Assembly (NCBI GenBank): GCA_951406725.2
Contig: OX597818.1
Coordinates: forward strand, 33,108,001-33,172,000
DNA length: 64,000 nucleotides
Direction: 5' to 3'
Source: Octopus vulgaris
Lineage: Eukaryota
Positions 28,361 to 43,235 of the stretch are shown here, in pieces. Numbering within the stretch: position 1 is the stretch's first letter; each line of letters begins with the position of its first letter. The notes under the pieces were generated by a model. That model had not been told where the DNA came from. It ran no database searches and was given only the letters and a program-made list of their open reading frames with translations. The position numbers and the translations under genes are program-made.

Positions 28361-30670
28361 GTACCTTAACCTACTATGTAAAAGTAAACTATACAGCTGT
28401 AGGGATGATGAAGAGAACTGTAAAATCTGTGAAGATGACCGATTAAGTGTACTTTACCTGCAGACTATTGCATCGTGGAATTTCGATAATGTTCGTGTGA
28501 TACGGATAGTTTAGGGAAAGATGGTACCCTCAGTTTAAAGAGAACGTAATTGAACCTGTACGTTGTCACTCGCACAGCAAAATATTATTTAGAATATGTT
28601 GTTATTCTCAAGGATTATTCAACAGACAGACATTTGCAAAACAGTGTAAGTAATCAAAATATAGATTATAGATATTTATTAGGTCGTTTTTGCTCGGTTC
28701 AGTTCTTTTATTATAAATCCTTAGAGAGGTATGTATCAGCAGAATTGGTAGGTTATATGTTGAAATACACTGGAGGATTTAGCTTGATGTCTATATAATG
28801 TGGCTTCAAATTTTAACACGATTGATTTTTGACTGTCTTCTTTACATGCTAAAAACAAATAGTAGTCATACATTTGGCTCGGCAGAATATGCCATGCCAA
28901 TACTAACATCCTATATTTTATTGATCTGTGATCGACGTTAGGTTTGTTGACCTTTCCGTTATAGTAGAATGTCTCTACCCAGCTCAACAGGAGTGGTAAT
29001 ATCTAATATTATTTTTTTTAGTCAGAAATGGTGCGGCAGCATTCATGATACTTTGAGATCATTTTGGGCTTGTGAGAAAAATGAAGGACGATATCCCTCG
29101 ACTTTGCTTGGTGCCCATAATTAAATAAACTCGTCTAAAATCACCTGAGTGTCAGATGGTGAAGCTAATTCAAGGAAAATATTAAGTCTGTTTACCAAGC
29201 ACTTGAACGATCTTTTTCTTTTGACGGGATTCTACAAAATTTCTGTCGTAAGATTTCGTTCAAAAGGTTTTGGTTAACTTAAAGCTATAAGTATAATGAC
29301 CATTTGCCTAACTGTGGGATTCAGCGAGGTAAAACCTAATTTGAAAACATCCAATTTGGAAACAATCCTCTTAAATAGATAACCATATATAACGCATATA
29401 AACACACAAACGTGCGTGCGCCCACAGACATATCTCAACTTTAGGTATATCTTAACTTTAGAAGGTTGATAAAAATGGATTCAATTATTAACTTGGTTTA
29501 ACCACTTTTCACTTCTTCAGACAAACGCTCTCTCTCTCTCTGAAACATAAATACACCTCCACACACAAATATAATTAGTTGTATGATTTGTGGGGTTCAA
29601 AACCATGCAGTTTCAGAGACACTCCGAAACTGGATTTCAAATCCTGTTTTCTTTGTCTTAATTTTTAACATCGATTGTAAGAGACAGCCAAGTACTGCGT
29701 ACGATCAAATTAGCTTACGTCAGTCTTCTCTGACTTCAGTATTTTAATTGCAACACTTGAAAGTTTATATCGTGCAAATAAATACTAAATCATATATATC
29801 ATGTATACTTGTGAAGTATATTCCTCACTCATTTTCGATATTCCAGTAACCGAAGACAAATGATTTATGCAACGAAGTAAGTGAAGTGGAAAGTGTTCTA
29901 TCATATTTCTGCGGAATATTGGATATTAGACACATCGTTGTTGTTACTGTTAGTGTTGTCGATGTCGTTTCTGTCGTCGTCGGTGTTTAACTCCAAGTCA
30001 GTCCAAAGTAAGCCCACACAGCGAAAGTAGACCTACATACGCCAACCCATATTATTGCTCAACACAGTGCATCTAAAGCTACGCGATATGTGCTCTTTCT
30101 AAATTTACAGAAGGTCGGTTATGATCTTAGAGCGATAAGGTTGCTGTATCTTGCAACTCCATCTACAAATGTAAAGGCTGTGATTAAAGAAATTCTACCA
30201 TATTAATCAGTCGTCCTTCACAAAATTCTGAGATCAGCCCTTACAAAGTTCAACATTACTATTTTATGATCAATATTTGTCCACTAATTAACAACAATGG
30301 TAAAGCAACTTCTGCAATCTCAACCACATGCTACATTCTCATACAAACATCAGGTTGATTTCTATGCAAATATATCAATAATATGCTATATTTTTATGCT
30401 CCATTTCTATGTAATACATTTTCTGATTTAATTATGTGTAAAGTCATCTGGTATAAGATATAATTATGAAATGGAAGGGAAGCATATTAATATAGGTCGA
30501 CAATTGATACTGAATCAATATATATCCCCAACGTTCTAGTAATTACGTACACACACACATACCCACACACATATAGATACGAGCTAAGACACGCGCAAAC
30601 ACTCGCACACGGACACACGCATTTGTGAGTATAGATACGCAACAAATATATGTGCGTATGTGTATATGTG

Positions 30671-30701
<31 letters not shown>

Positions 30702-30729
30702 ATGTATGTATGTATGTATATATATATTG

Positions 30730-31481
30730 CTGGGGAAGGTCAGTTTATGGAGTTACTCGGGTTTTCCCGTACATAAAGTGTTTAACTTTATGGCGTATCG
30801 TCAGATCCCTAGACATTGGCCTCAGACTCTTTAAAATATCGAGGGGAAAGCCTCGTTAGCGGATAGCACTGGTGACGTCAACTTTGGCAGCACAAACGAC
30901 ACCCCGGCGTCACCACTTACATCAACAACAGTAACATCGCCATCAATAACATCCTTCCAATAGCTTCCCTGATGTCCACAATAGCAGACCTAACAACACT
31001 CACAATGACAGCCCTCGGCAGAGGCAGCGGCCCTAGAAAGAGCGCCGGATTCAACATGGCTAATGACACTTCTGACAGCTATGGAAGACCTCATCCACCA
31101 TCGGTGAAGATCGCAATAGAAATAGAATTAACAACATTAACTACAATATTATCAACAGCAGCGCCTCCTCCATAACCGACAGCAAAGATGGCATTACCAA
31201 TGCCACCTCCATCCCCACCATCGTCAGCACCAACACCAATAGCCTCGACTCCAGCAACATCAGACGAATGATGGCGACACGGCCGGATCGCGATAGTTGA
31301 TAGTCGATAGTCACTGGCAAAGGGAGATAATCTCCTTCTTTACATTTGTAACGAGGTTTTCCCCCTCCATATTTCAAAGAGGTCTTAGGCCAACATATCT
31401 TGGGGACTGATGATACGCCATAAAGTTAAACCTCTTCTGGAGAGGAAACCCATGGTAACTCCATAAACCGGCCTTCTCCAG
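30730..31481. mobile_element. Element with ~130-bp diverged inverted terminal arms, each holding a hammerhead-like motif
   Basis: 30730-30858 is approximately the reverse complement of 31349-31481. Plus arm: GGGGA-CTGATGA (31407-13)...GAAA (31445-48)-CCCATGG-TA-ACTCC. Minus arm reads GGGAT-CTGACGA-TACGCCATAAAGTTAAACACTTTATGTACGG-GAAA-ACCCGAG-TA-ACTCC. Microsatellites flank both sides. Confidence 0.6.
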
Positions 31482-31573
31482 TAAAGAACATACATTGCTC
31501 TATCTCTTAGAATGTGCTTCTTCTCCGGATTTATGTTGTCTAAAAACGATATATATATATGTGTGTGTGTATG

Positions 31574-31605
<32 letters not shown>

Positions 31606-32198
31606 TGCGTATGTATGTATGTATGTATGTATGTATGTATGTATGTATGTATGTATGTATGTATGTATGCATGTATAAACTTGTCTTCTGGTATTGCCCA
31701 TCGCCTGATCGAAAGTCGCACTCATGCGAAGGCAACGACTAGCAATTTTTGTGACAGGTCTTACTTTCTCTCTTTTTTTACAAGCGATGCCTGTGCATGA
31801 CAACTTGTTATAACGGAAGAAGAATTTGCACAAATCCAGTCCCACTCTCTGAACACGGACAACATAAAGTCGAAAAGAAGGACTAGTTTGCGTCGTCGAA
31901 TAGTGTCACTGTCGCAAGTTTCCATTCAGTTTCTTTCTCCGAAAGAGATGTTGCGACAACAGAGGGGTCTCCCACTTCCAGTAGGCCAGCCGCGCACCTC
32001 GACACCAACCCAGGTAATTCCCGTCTCCGTGCATACATACATGTATACATATGTATGCATATTGTTGGATGGCCGTTGACTGTTCACGAATTCCTCCGCC
32101 CTTTGACAGGTCTTATTTTACGTCTTGCAGGGTGTCCAACAATCACCCTCCTCTCAAGCAAGCTTGATGGAGTTGCCAGCTTAGTCATGCATACATAA

Positions 32199-32234
<36 letters not shown>

Positions 32235-32264
32235 GCACATATACATACATACATATATATACGT

Positions 32265-32308
<44 letters not shown>

Positions 32309-32589
32309 GCACATATACATACATACATGCATACCCATCGTAGTTCGTTTAGTGATAAGGAGCAGCTTCCTCCAGCCCTGACTAAATAAATAAATTAAGA
32401 TAAATAAACGAAGCAAAAAAAAAAAGGAAACAGAATCGGTTGCTCCATTATATTTTGTGGTGTTAACGAACGCCGGCCAATTCGTATTTGCAGACGACCA
32501 CATTCACTGCTGTTCATTTACTCCAGTATTGCTAGAGCATGGTTTCCGTGCTTCCGTCTATGTCTATGCGATAAAAAATATTCTTAAAA

Positions 32590-32870
32590 ATTCAGACGTC
32601 CTGGAGCCTCTGGTCCTCTATTTCTTCAATGGAGAGTACCTTGAGCAAGATACTCCCATAGAGTGTTACAATATCGTGGAGCATATATTTTAATCTTTTA
32701 GGAGGTGCATCATCACTGTGCAATTCTTTTGCAAGTTTAGAATAGAAGATTATTTTTGACAGTCTCACATTACACACTCAGTGCAAACACAGTTGCTGAG
32801 TACAACAGAGGAGGAGTGCACTGGCCTGCAAGAGGAATTCTTTTTGTAAATGTCTGCTGTTTGGGTCTTA
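32590..32870 (-). mobile_element. Degraded RTE-clade LINE fragment
   Basis: 'RLSKIIFYSKLAKELHSDDAPPKRLKYML' resembles RLPK..FY.EL..G.R..G.PKKR.KD.L. Confidence 0.5.
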
Positions 32871-33250
32871 GAATATTTCTTAGGCAAAGCATGTGAAAAT
32901 TGATTTGATTTTGAGGTTATTTAGTTCTTTGATATAATGCTCTTGAGGATATATGCTTTGGTTATGTTTGCAAGATATTTTCATTGAACATATACAACGC
33001 CCTCTCACACACATATATAGAATATATAAGTTGGACCAAAATTGACGCTCCAAAACATTTCCCATTTCCTTTACATTGTTGTTGTTATTGTTATTATTGT
33101 TATTATTATCATTATTATTATCATTATTATTATCATTATTATTATTATTGTTGTTGTTCTTGTTCTTGCTGTTGTATGCAATATATAGCTTTTGAATCTT
33201 GATGTATGACACTTTGCCCGCCTTCTCTCTCGCTCTCTCTCTCTCTCTCA

Positions 33251-33319
<69 letters not shown>

Positions 33320-33439
33320 TGTGCCTGTGTGTTCATGTGTGTGAGTGTGCGCGTCCATGGGAGCGTGTATGTGTATGTTTAGATATATATACTGTTTACA
33401 TATATATATATGTGTGTGTGTAAAAAGTATATATATCGA

Positions 33440-33512
<73 letters not shown>

Positions 33513-34047
33513 ACATACATATATGCATACTCGCGGTATTTCACACGCGTACACATATATAAATAAAATTAAATACACCTACAGAATGAATTATCAACAG
33601 ATGGAAATCAGCAGATTCTTATCTTTGTTAATATTTTTAAAACGATCAAAAGTGAAAGACTGATATCATCACTGGAAGATAATATCATCCGTACAACCGA
33701 TAAAACAGATAGCATATCCCTTTTCTTAGTGCAGCAGGAACTTTATAGCACTTGGATAGGAAGTTATGCTTGAGGAATTTTCAGATGATATCTTTCGTGG
33801 TTAGCGCGTTATTCTATCCGTGAATTTCTCTGAGATAATTATTGTCAGGAGAGTTATATTCTAATAATCATTTATTAATGAATGAGACTTATTACAAATA
33901 TTCAGCCATTTCGTATTTCGTATATCAATTGCATACAAACATGCATACATAGAGACGAGCACAAGCACACACATACGCGCGTACGCGCAACGCACGCACG
34001 TATATATGTCTATCTACCTATCATTTTATATATATATATATATATAA

Positions 34048-34375
34048 AACTTAGATAAAAAACTTAGATATGTTTCGACCAAAGATTGGTCCAGGCCATG
34101 TCTAACTCAATAGCAGCACCTGATAGGATTATCTAAATCCTGTTTAAGTCAAGTTTTGTTTATGGTCCATTCAAGTAGTGAGTTCTTGTTGGGTGAGTTG
34201 TATCCAATTATGGGTGGCTTAATCGGTATTCTTTGAAGAAATCTATCCAGATTCTGTTTAAAGTAGATGTGATCCTTTTCCTCGTTGATCTCTTTCGGGA
34301 CAATGTTAAACAGGGCAGGGCCTATTGAGGAAAAGAAATTTTGTTGCAGTGTGCCTATATGCTGTGATCCTTTAT
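34048..34375 (-). mobile_element. 3' end of a second CR1/L2-group LINE subfamily
   Basis: 'IGPALFNIVPKEI..FKQNLDRFLQRIP..P..NSL' resembles the C-terminus above, but the 3' UTR differs and ends in (ATCTAAGTTTT)2 on the minus strand. Confidence 0.7.
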
Positions 34376-34479
34376 ATATATACATTTATATATATGTATA
34401 GCTACCCATTGATTTATCTATCAATATCCTTCTCTTCTCTTATTCCCTGTCCATCTGTTTTTCTTTCTGCCTTTCTCTA

Positions 34480-34882
34480 CTCTCTACTCTTTTACTTGTT
34501 TCAGTCATTTGACTGCGGCCATGCTGGAGCACCGCCTTTAGTCGAGCAAATCGACCCTGGGACTTATTCTTTGTAAGCCCAGTACTTATTCTATCGGTCT
34601 CTTTTGTCGAACCGCTAAGTGACGTGGACGTAAACACACCAGCATCGGTTGTCAAGCAATGCTAGAGGGGCAAACACAGACACACAAACATATACACACA
34701 CATACATATATATACATATATACGACAGGCTTCTTTCAGTTTCCGTCTACCAAATCAACTCACAAGGCTTTGGTCGGCCCGAGGCTATAGCAGAAGACAC
34801 TTGCCCAAGATACCACGCAGTGGGACTGAACCCGGAAGCATGTGGTTGGTAAGCAAGCTTCTTACCACACAGCCACTCCTAC
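34480..34882 (-). mobile_element. SINE family B, full length
   Basis: Reverse-complement copy of 6305-6715 and 56341-56760. Confidence 0.9.
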
Positions 34883-35104
34883 CTCTCATTTTCTGTGTGT
34901 GTGCGTGTATACTTCTATTATTCTATATCTGTCTATCTATTTATCTATCTGTCTATCAACATATATGTGTCTGAATGCACGCGTGTGTATATAAATGAGT
35001 TTGCGTCTGTCAGTGTGTGTCTGAGTTTATGTGTATGTGTCCGTGTGTGTGATTGCGCGTAGTCACAATAGCCACTAATGTTGATGCCAAAGGTCAGCTA
35101 CATC

Positions 35105-35672
35105 AGAGTGGAGTGCAAGTCGATAACATCAACCCCAGTGTTAAACTAGTACTTGATTTATCGACCCCCGAGAGGTTGAAAGTCGACTCCGGTGGCGTTT
35201 GAAGGCAAAACGTAAACACGGACGAAATGCCATTAAGTATTTTGCCAGACGGGCTAACGTTCCTTTTTACTCTAAGCACAAGGCCCGAAATTTTCGGGGG
35301 AAGGGGGCCAGTCGATTAGATCGACCCTAGTACGTAACTGGTACTTAATTCATGGACCCCGAATGGATAAAAGGAAAAGTCGACCTCGGCGGAATTTGAA
35401 CTTGGAATGTGTAGACAGACGAAATACAGCTAACCATTTCGCCCGGTGTGCTAACGATTCTGCCAGCTCGCCATGTTAATCACTCTTATTATTGTCATTT
35501 TATCTGTCGTCTGTCTTTACATTCGGAGTTCAAATTCCGCCGAGGTCAGCTTTGCCTTTCATCCTTTTGGGGTCGATAATTTAAGTACCAGTTGCATACT
35601 AGGATCGATCTTATCGAATGGCCCCCTCCCCCAAAATTTCGAGCATTGTGCCTAGAATAGAAAAGAATATTG
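35105..35672. mobile_element. SINE-A cluster: two minus-strand units, then a plus-strand unit head-to-head
   Basis: Minus bodies at ~35105-35260 and 35262-35472; plus copy ~35505-35670. Confidence 0.8.
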
Positions 35673-36669
35673 CCATTTGATGAGACTACGGTTTATTGAG
35701 GTCACATAAATTAGAAATCTCTCCGCTGCTTACATCAACGACCATTAGAATATTCCATCTCTAATGTTTTGTTTACATTGTCCAAAATTTCCAACCTATT
35801 GGAGTTAAATTACATTTCCTTGGTTTCAGATTTTTAACATTCCATTGTTTTACCTAGGTGTATCTTGATCTACTGGTCTTTCTCTGAAAGAAACCAAATA
35901 TTTCAAATGTGAGACTTTAATCTATTAATCAGTAAAATATTTAAGTTTGGCTAGAAATATCATATTACCTTGGCGGCTAAAATATCTTTAATTATTTTCC
36001 CGAAGTATTTGGCACTTCCGTCTTCCTGTAAGTGTGTGTGTGTGTGTGTGTGTGTGCACGCGCACATCTGTGTGTATTTTATGCACATACAAACATTTAT
36101 ATACATACAAGCATACATACATACATCAATAACTAAATGCGTCAATAGGTTACATTGCAAAAAAATTGAAACATATAAAGCTACTGTGATAAAGGGATAT
36201 ACTCGCTCATAATACAAAACAATGATATTGAAATGTTGTCGTGAAACCTTTGAAGATATACGCATAACAGACCAGCGACAATGATTTTATGACAAGAAAA
36301 CGAAGAGCGCATGCTTCCTAGTCGAAATTTAGTAGTCTGCAGTGAGAAATCTCATGTTAAATTAGCGTTAAACGTATTCGAGTACAGAAGCGATTGTACA
36401 TATTTAATGCAAACTCTGATGACATTTGCTACCAGGAATATAACATTAGATATATACTAGGTGTTTACACGCGATGTTGGGGAAAGACAAATACAAACGC
36501 GCACACAAACACACACACACATTCACACGTTTATATATACGACGGACTTCCTTCAGTTTTCATCTAACAAATCCACTCAAAAGGCTTTGGTCGGCCCGGA
36601 ATCATGTAGTTCGGAAGCAAGCCTCTTACATACAGCAACTCCTGCGCTTATATATGTATATATATATAT

Positions 36670-36725
<56 letters not shown>

Positions 36726-36750
36726 ATGTATATATATATATATATGTATG

Positions 36751-36784
<34 letters not shown>

Positions 36785-36825
36785 TACATATATATTTGTA
36801 TATATATATATATATACATATATAT

Positions 36826-36900
<75 letters not shown>

Positions 36901-36917
36901 CAAACATATATATTTAG

Positions 36918-36974
<57 letters not shown>

Positions 36975-36978
<4 letters not shown>

Positions 36979-37170
36979 ATCCAAACAAGAAAGCACAAAA
37001 AGACACAACGCAAGAACGTAGAACAAATATAGTATTATTGGACGCTCAGGAAAGAAGGAAGGTTTAACATTTTGAGCTGAGCTCTTCGTCGGAAACATGG
37101 GAGAAGGAAAAATCCAGAGAAGGGAAGACAGAGGGGAAAAAATCGCCAACGGTACACACGCGGTCACATA
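36975..37170 (-). mobile_element. Short element next to (TA)n with a decayed hammerhead-like motif (37062-37096)
   Basis: Minus strand reads GTTT-CCGACGAA-GAGC TCA GCTC-AAAATGTT-AAAC, i.e. stem I / core / stem II / GAAACGTT with substitutions that look like CpG decay. Confidence 0.45.
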
Positions 37171-37194
37171 TACACATATATGTTTGTATTTATG

Positions 37195-37228
<34 letters not shown>

Positions 37229-37327
37229 CATATATATACATATATACGTAAGAATATATATGCATATATATTTTACAAATATACTTACGTACGCAGTTAT
37301 ATATTCATACATACATACATACATACA

Positions 37328-37394
<67 letters not shown>

Positions 37395-38224
37395 TTTCCA
37401 AGATACACGCGCGCTCATGCATATACAGACTTGTACATACATTGAATGAGAGTAAGCGCATTGACACATACACTAACAAATTAGCACACATTACATTCAC
37501 TCAAGCATTCACCAATAGTTTGGGATTGTTGCCCCAAAGAAAGAAACGTTGACATTTTTCTAGTGTGCAATTTGAGGGAGATTCCAATGCTATGTCGTGT
37601 AGGTCGATCTCTTAGATAGAACTTTCTTGGTCCTTTAATTTTTTTATTCTTAATTTTTTACATTCTATGTTTTTCATTTCTTCATCATGATTGTCTATAC
37701 TTGCTGTATGGTTCACAGCTAAAGCTTAGAGGTACGAGCGTAATTATGCAGATTAATTACGTAACTCTCTTATTGTGTGTGTCTCTTCATTTCTGTTATC
37801 CCTTCTTCCCAAAGTATTCGTTAAAGTAATTAATGAAAAATTATTTCCCCAGTAGATATATTTTCTGAGTAATTTCTAACGTCTAGGACAGAGAAGCATT
37901 TATTATAGTGCTGGGTTATGTTCCTCTGATTTCTTATATCCGTTTAAAAATTTCTTACATAATGATTAATACACTGACTAATTTTCTTCCTTCTTGTGAG
38001 GATTTTAACTGAGCGAAGGCTGTGATATTTCATTGGGAATTAAGTGCAGAACACTTGAAACATGACAGTTTTTTTCCTTCTATTAATAAGAGCAGCCATG
38101 CTGAAATTCATATCATTTCATTGAGGATTGTATAAAGTAAAATATTAAAACATTTATACATATAAACTCATTTGTATATATGCGAGCTGGAATGTTGACA
38201 AATATATATATATATATATGTATG

Positions 38225-38781
38225 CACGAGCAAAACGCCCAATGGACGGTGCTGAATCATATCTGCTGAATAAAATGCAATCAGTGTTTTCTTTTCATTA
38301 ATAAATAATTAAACATGCCTTTATTTCAATAAAATTTTGTGCTTTGTTAAACGAAATTAAGGCAAAATAAAGAAAGAAACTTCTTGAGAAACCAAATAGT
38401 CTTTCCTTCATCCATGCCAAGTTTGAAGAAAATATTTTATTTGCATCTTACTTTTTTGGTCTCTAAAGTATACTGCATTTTGTGGCATTATTTCAAGCCG
38501 GCCGGTTTTTTTTGCGCACACTGCACGTGCACTTTTCTCGCATACGCATGGTATCGATCGCAACATCTGATGTACTTGCACGTACAAATGCACGTTCCCA
38601 CGGCTTTATCGATCGCAGTCTCACCTGGAATCGATTTGTGCAATTTTCTCAAGACTTATACGCGCCCTGATACCGTCGGTATCTACATATCAAATTTGAG
38701 CGCAATCGGATGGAGGATGCCCGAGAACCTAGAAGACACACAGATAGACAGACAAACAGAACGGATTTTATATACTAGATA
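38225..38781 (+). mobile_element. Non-autonomous Helitron/DINE-like element
   Basis: 3' part CAAATTTGAGCGCAATCGGATG...(ACAG)-like repeat...TTTTATATACTAGAT resembles the termini of non-autonomous rolling-circle elements; microsatellites flank it. Confidence 0.4.
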
Positions 38782-39937
38782 TGTACACACACACACACAC
38801 ACACATATATACGTTCACATACATACGTACACCTATACACATATGTGCATAGCTTTGTATACGGTGTCTGAACCTCATAAACATAAGGTTGTCTATTCGA
38901 TTCCTGGAGCCGAGATGAGAAAATAATCAATAAATGAATAGTATTAGTGGGTAGTTGTGTGCTCTAAAAAAGGGTATTTAAAAATCGATGTTGGTTAAAA
39001 AACATTTATTCCTTCGAATCATCAAATGAAACTAAATTATCTAAGCGCATCAGAGCATTGACTGTCGAATCCAACTGCTAAATATGAACCGTCTGTTGAT
39101 AAAGGCGACAATTCCAACGAAAGAATTTATGCTGATATGAAAATGTGAAGACAAAATCAAATATGGCAAGAATGAGAAATAATTGAAAGTCAATGCAAAT
39201 AGGAATTGTAAAACAAGAAAGCTAATTTACTGCATCAGATGTCCGCAATACAAAGAAAACTATATCGGTTATGCAGAACAAAGTTAATGTACCGAGTCAA
39301 AGAACGTCAACCAAATATCAAGGATCTATCATAAGTGTCCCATGTAGTGAGCATTTAATCATCTTTGCCAACAGAAAATTGAAATATTTCCAAATTTACA
39401 AGATAACAAAGGAAGGGAATAGATACAAAAGTCAAATCAAGAACACTTTATAATGATTATCAGTCCGAAACAACAGGAGATAGTGACAACCGCAACCGAT
39501 ATCGGTAACTAGTATATTAATATAATAGCAGGAAATTTGTTTATATGACAGGTTTGGAATACAGAAAACAGCGAATATGCTTCGACAAAAAACTCCATAT
39601 TCTATTCGTTTTCTATATTTCGCTCATAAATATTTTTTAAAAATAATTTTGAATTAATTTTTATTAAACTTTTATTATTCTGTCAAGAATATATTCTTAG
39701 ATATATGGATAAATACACTTTCATACAAACACTTATGCAAAAGCACGTAAGTATATTTGTTTACACAAATAATCAATTGCATATATATAATATATATATA
39801 TATATATATGTATGTATATATGTATGCATGTGCACACAAATGCATATATGTGTATATGTACATCTATCTCTCCCAGCCTCTCTTTCCATTTCTTTCTCTC
39901 TCTCTCTCTATATATATATACATATATATATATATAC

Positions 39938-39971
<34 letters not shown>

Positions 39972-39988
39972 ATACATACATATATACA

Positions 39989-40019
<31 letters not shown>

Positions 40020-40039
40020 ATATATATATACATATATAT

Positions 40040-40116
<77 letters not shown>

Positions 40117-40267
40117 TATACATATATGTATATACATATATACATATATATACGTATATACACATATATACATATATATACATATATACACATATATACA
40201 TACATACACATATATACATATATACATATATATACATATACATATATATACATATATATATACATAT

Positions 40268-40328
<61 letters not shown>

Positions 40329-40387
40329 GATACATATATACATATATAGGTAGACAGACAGACATACAGACAGACAGACAGACAGAC

Positions 40388-40468
<81 letters not shown>

Positions 40469-40716
40469 TACATATATACCTATACACATATATGCAATTA
40501 TGCTTGCATATGTCGAGATAGTGGAGTGGATTCGCAGTGGAGTGCTCAGCCACTTGCACGTTAATAAATGAGATGCGACGTCACTGGTGCCAAGCTGTAT
40601 CGGCCTTTGCCTTTCCTTTGGATAACATCGGTGGTGTAGAGAGGGGAGGCCGGTATGCATGGGTGACTGCTGCTCTTCCATTAACAACCTTGTCCAGACT
40701 TGTGCCTCGGAGTGTA

Positions 40717-40800
<84 letters not shown>

Positions 40801-41024
40801 ATTAGAGATAAAACCACTATTAGGCAAATCAAACAATGAATAACATAAGCCAATACATAAAATTACTACGATCGTTTCTATAAACTCATTTTATTTCAAA
40901 TTTAAATAAATGTTTATTGATATTTAGTAAGATGAGATTTATCATCGAAACAGGTAATGTTCCCGTTTTATCATTTTAAAATCATTTTATTAAATTCCTT
41001 AAATTCTTTTCTAATCTAGGTTCA

Positions 41025-41392
41025 CTAGGTACAAGGCCTGAAATTTTGGAGGAGGGGTCCAGTTGATTACATCAACCCCAGTACGTAACTTTTACTTAAT
41101 TTATCGATACCGAAAGGATTTTGAAATCAGAACTCAGAATTTGAACGGCAGACGAAATACCTATTTCTTTACTACCTACAAGGGGCTAAACACAGAGAGG
41201 ACAAACAAGAACAGACAAACGGAATAAGTCGATTATATCGACCCCAGTGCGTAACTGGTACCTATTTAATCGACCCCGAAAGGATGAAAGGCAAATCGAC
41301 CTCGGCGGAATTTCAATTAAGAACGTAACGGCTGACGAAATATTGCTAAGCATTTCGCCCGGTGTGCTAAGGTTTCTGCCAGCTCGCCACCT
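41025..41392 (-). mobile_element. SINE-A dimer
   Basis: Two bodies joined at GACGAAATAC|CTATTTCTTTACTACC (~41160). Confidence 0.85.
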
Positions 41393-41712
41393 TTTTATTC
41401 CTTCTTAAATTGAAATGTCTTAGATTTACTTCTGATTTATCTCCAGTTCCATCTCTTATACACACTCACCCACAAAATGGCGGTTTAGTTGACAAGTGAT
41501 CTAAACGACTAGGTACGCTAGGTAAGTCCTGTAACGGATTACTAGGGCTCTAAGGTTATAGCCGAGACGATAGTTATGGAACCATTATAGATTATATATA
41601 GCTGATATATAATTGTTAAAGAGGACAACAAACGTTAAGGCAAGGCAAACATTTCAAGTCGTATACATTATCATTATTCGGAAAAAATTCAAAGTCTTAC
41701 AGCGGTAAATTA

Positions 41713-41764
<52 letters not shown>

Positions 41765-42924
41765 AACACATGTTTATATATACATAATTCTTTTAGTTTC
41801 CGTCTACTTCATCCTTTCGCAAGTTTGGCCCGAGGCTATAGCAGAAAACACTTGTCCAAGATAACACTGAGAGAGACTGAACCTGGAACCAGGTGGTTTA
41901 GAAGAAAAGCACGAATTACGAACACAGCTGCACAGTTATTTTTGTCAATAATTGGAATTGAATTTTTATGAATATAAACGTATTCGGTCGATACTACATT
42001 TTCTAAATCATCAGTATATGCATAATTTTATACCTTCATTCGCTGGATAGCTGTTCTGCTAGACTTGTTTATTGTTGAGTTCCTTTATATGATATTTAAT
42101 TCAGATTATTAATTCCTCCGTAATATAAGATAAAGGAAACAAACTGAATTCAGCTATGCTGCAGGGTAAAAAGTTTTCTAATCGATTCCCTAATCGATAA
42201 ACGATATACAATCTGCAATTTCATCCGTAACAACATTACCCCACCTTAAACCCCAACCCGCAAGAAGTTATCTCTATGCAATTTCTATAATAGTACTATT
42301 ACAAAGTTTCTTAGCTGCATTATCTAATGAATTACGCTGCTAGCAAAATAAGAGTATTAAATATTAGCTTTTATGAAATTTCCGGAATCTATATTTGATG
42401 GAGACAAAAGAAATACAGATACAGAAAGTGGAGAGAGAGAGGAGAAATCATGTGTCTATGCCTGTGTGTCTGTATCTGCGTGAGAAAGAACAATAAACGG
42501 AATTAGAAAAGTGCAAGTGAGCGGGATAAGAACTACCACACTGTATATTATACACACGCATATACACCGAGACATGGGCATGAATATATGGATGTTTGAT
42601 GTAACTGTGTGGTTGTTTTTCTCAAGACATCACTTATTCTTATCTAGATCTTCTGATGTCATGACACACATTTACAATATCGTTACATGTATACGTATGT
42701 ATGCGTGCCTATATATGTATGTTGCATATATGTTTTTGTGTATGTGTGAGTGAGTGTGTGTGTGTGTGTGTACATGCATGTGCGTGCGTATGAATTTATA
42801 TGTATGTACATGCACTCAATGACATTAATATAAGTATTGGATAAACCGCAAAATATGCTACGCAGATAAATAGATAAGAAATTAGAGATTAGCTACAGTC
42901 AGACAGTTAAATACAGTATGTGGG

Positions 42925-42965
<41 letters not shown>

Positions 42966-43047
42966 AGTGTGTGTGTATATGTGTGTGTGCGGGAAAGTAT
43001 ATATGTATTTATGTATTTCTATAGGTAAATATATGAACACATATATG

Positions 43048-43118
<71 letters not shown>

Positions 43119-43128
43119 TGTACGTATG

Positions 43129-43177
<49 letters not shown>

Positions 43178-43197
43178 CATACATACATATATGTACG

Positions 43198-43235
<38 letters not shown>

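Noticed and set aside
38384-38926. 180-aa ORF
   Set aside because: It lies within a probable non-autonomous repeat and runs into a microsatellite; no recognisable motif.
39705-40732. 190-274 aa 'YIYI' ORFs here and at many other (TA)n/(CA)n tracts
   Set aside because: Dinucleotide repeats lack stop codons, so these are artefacts.
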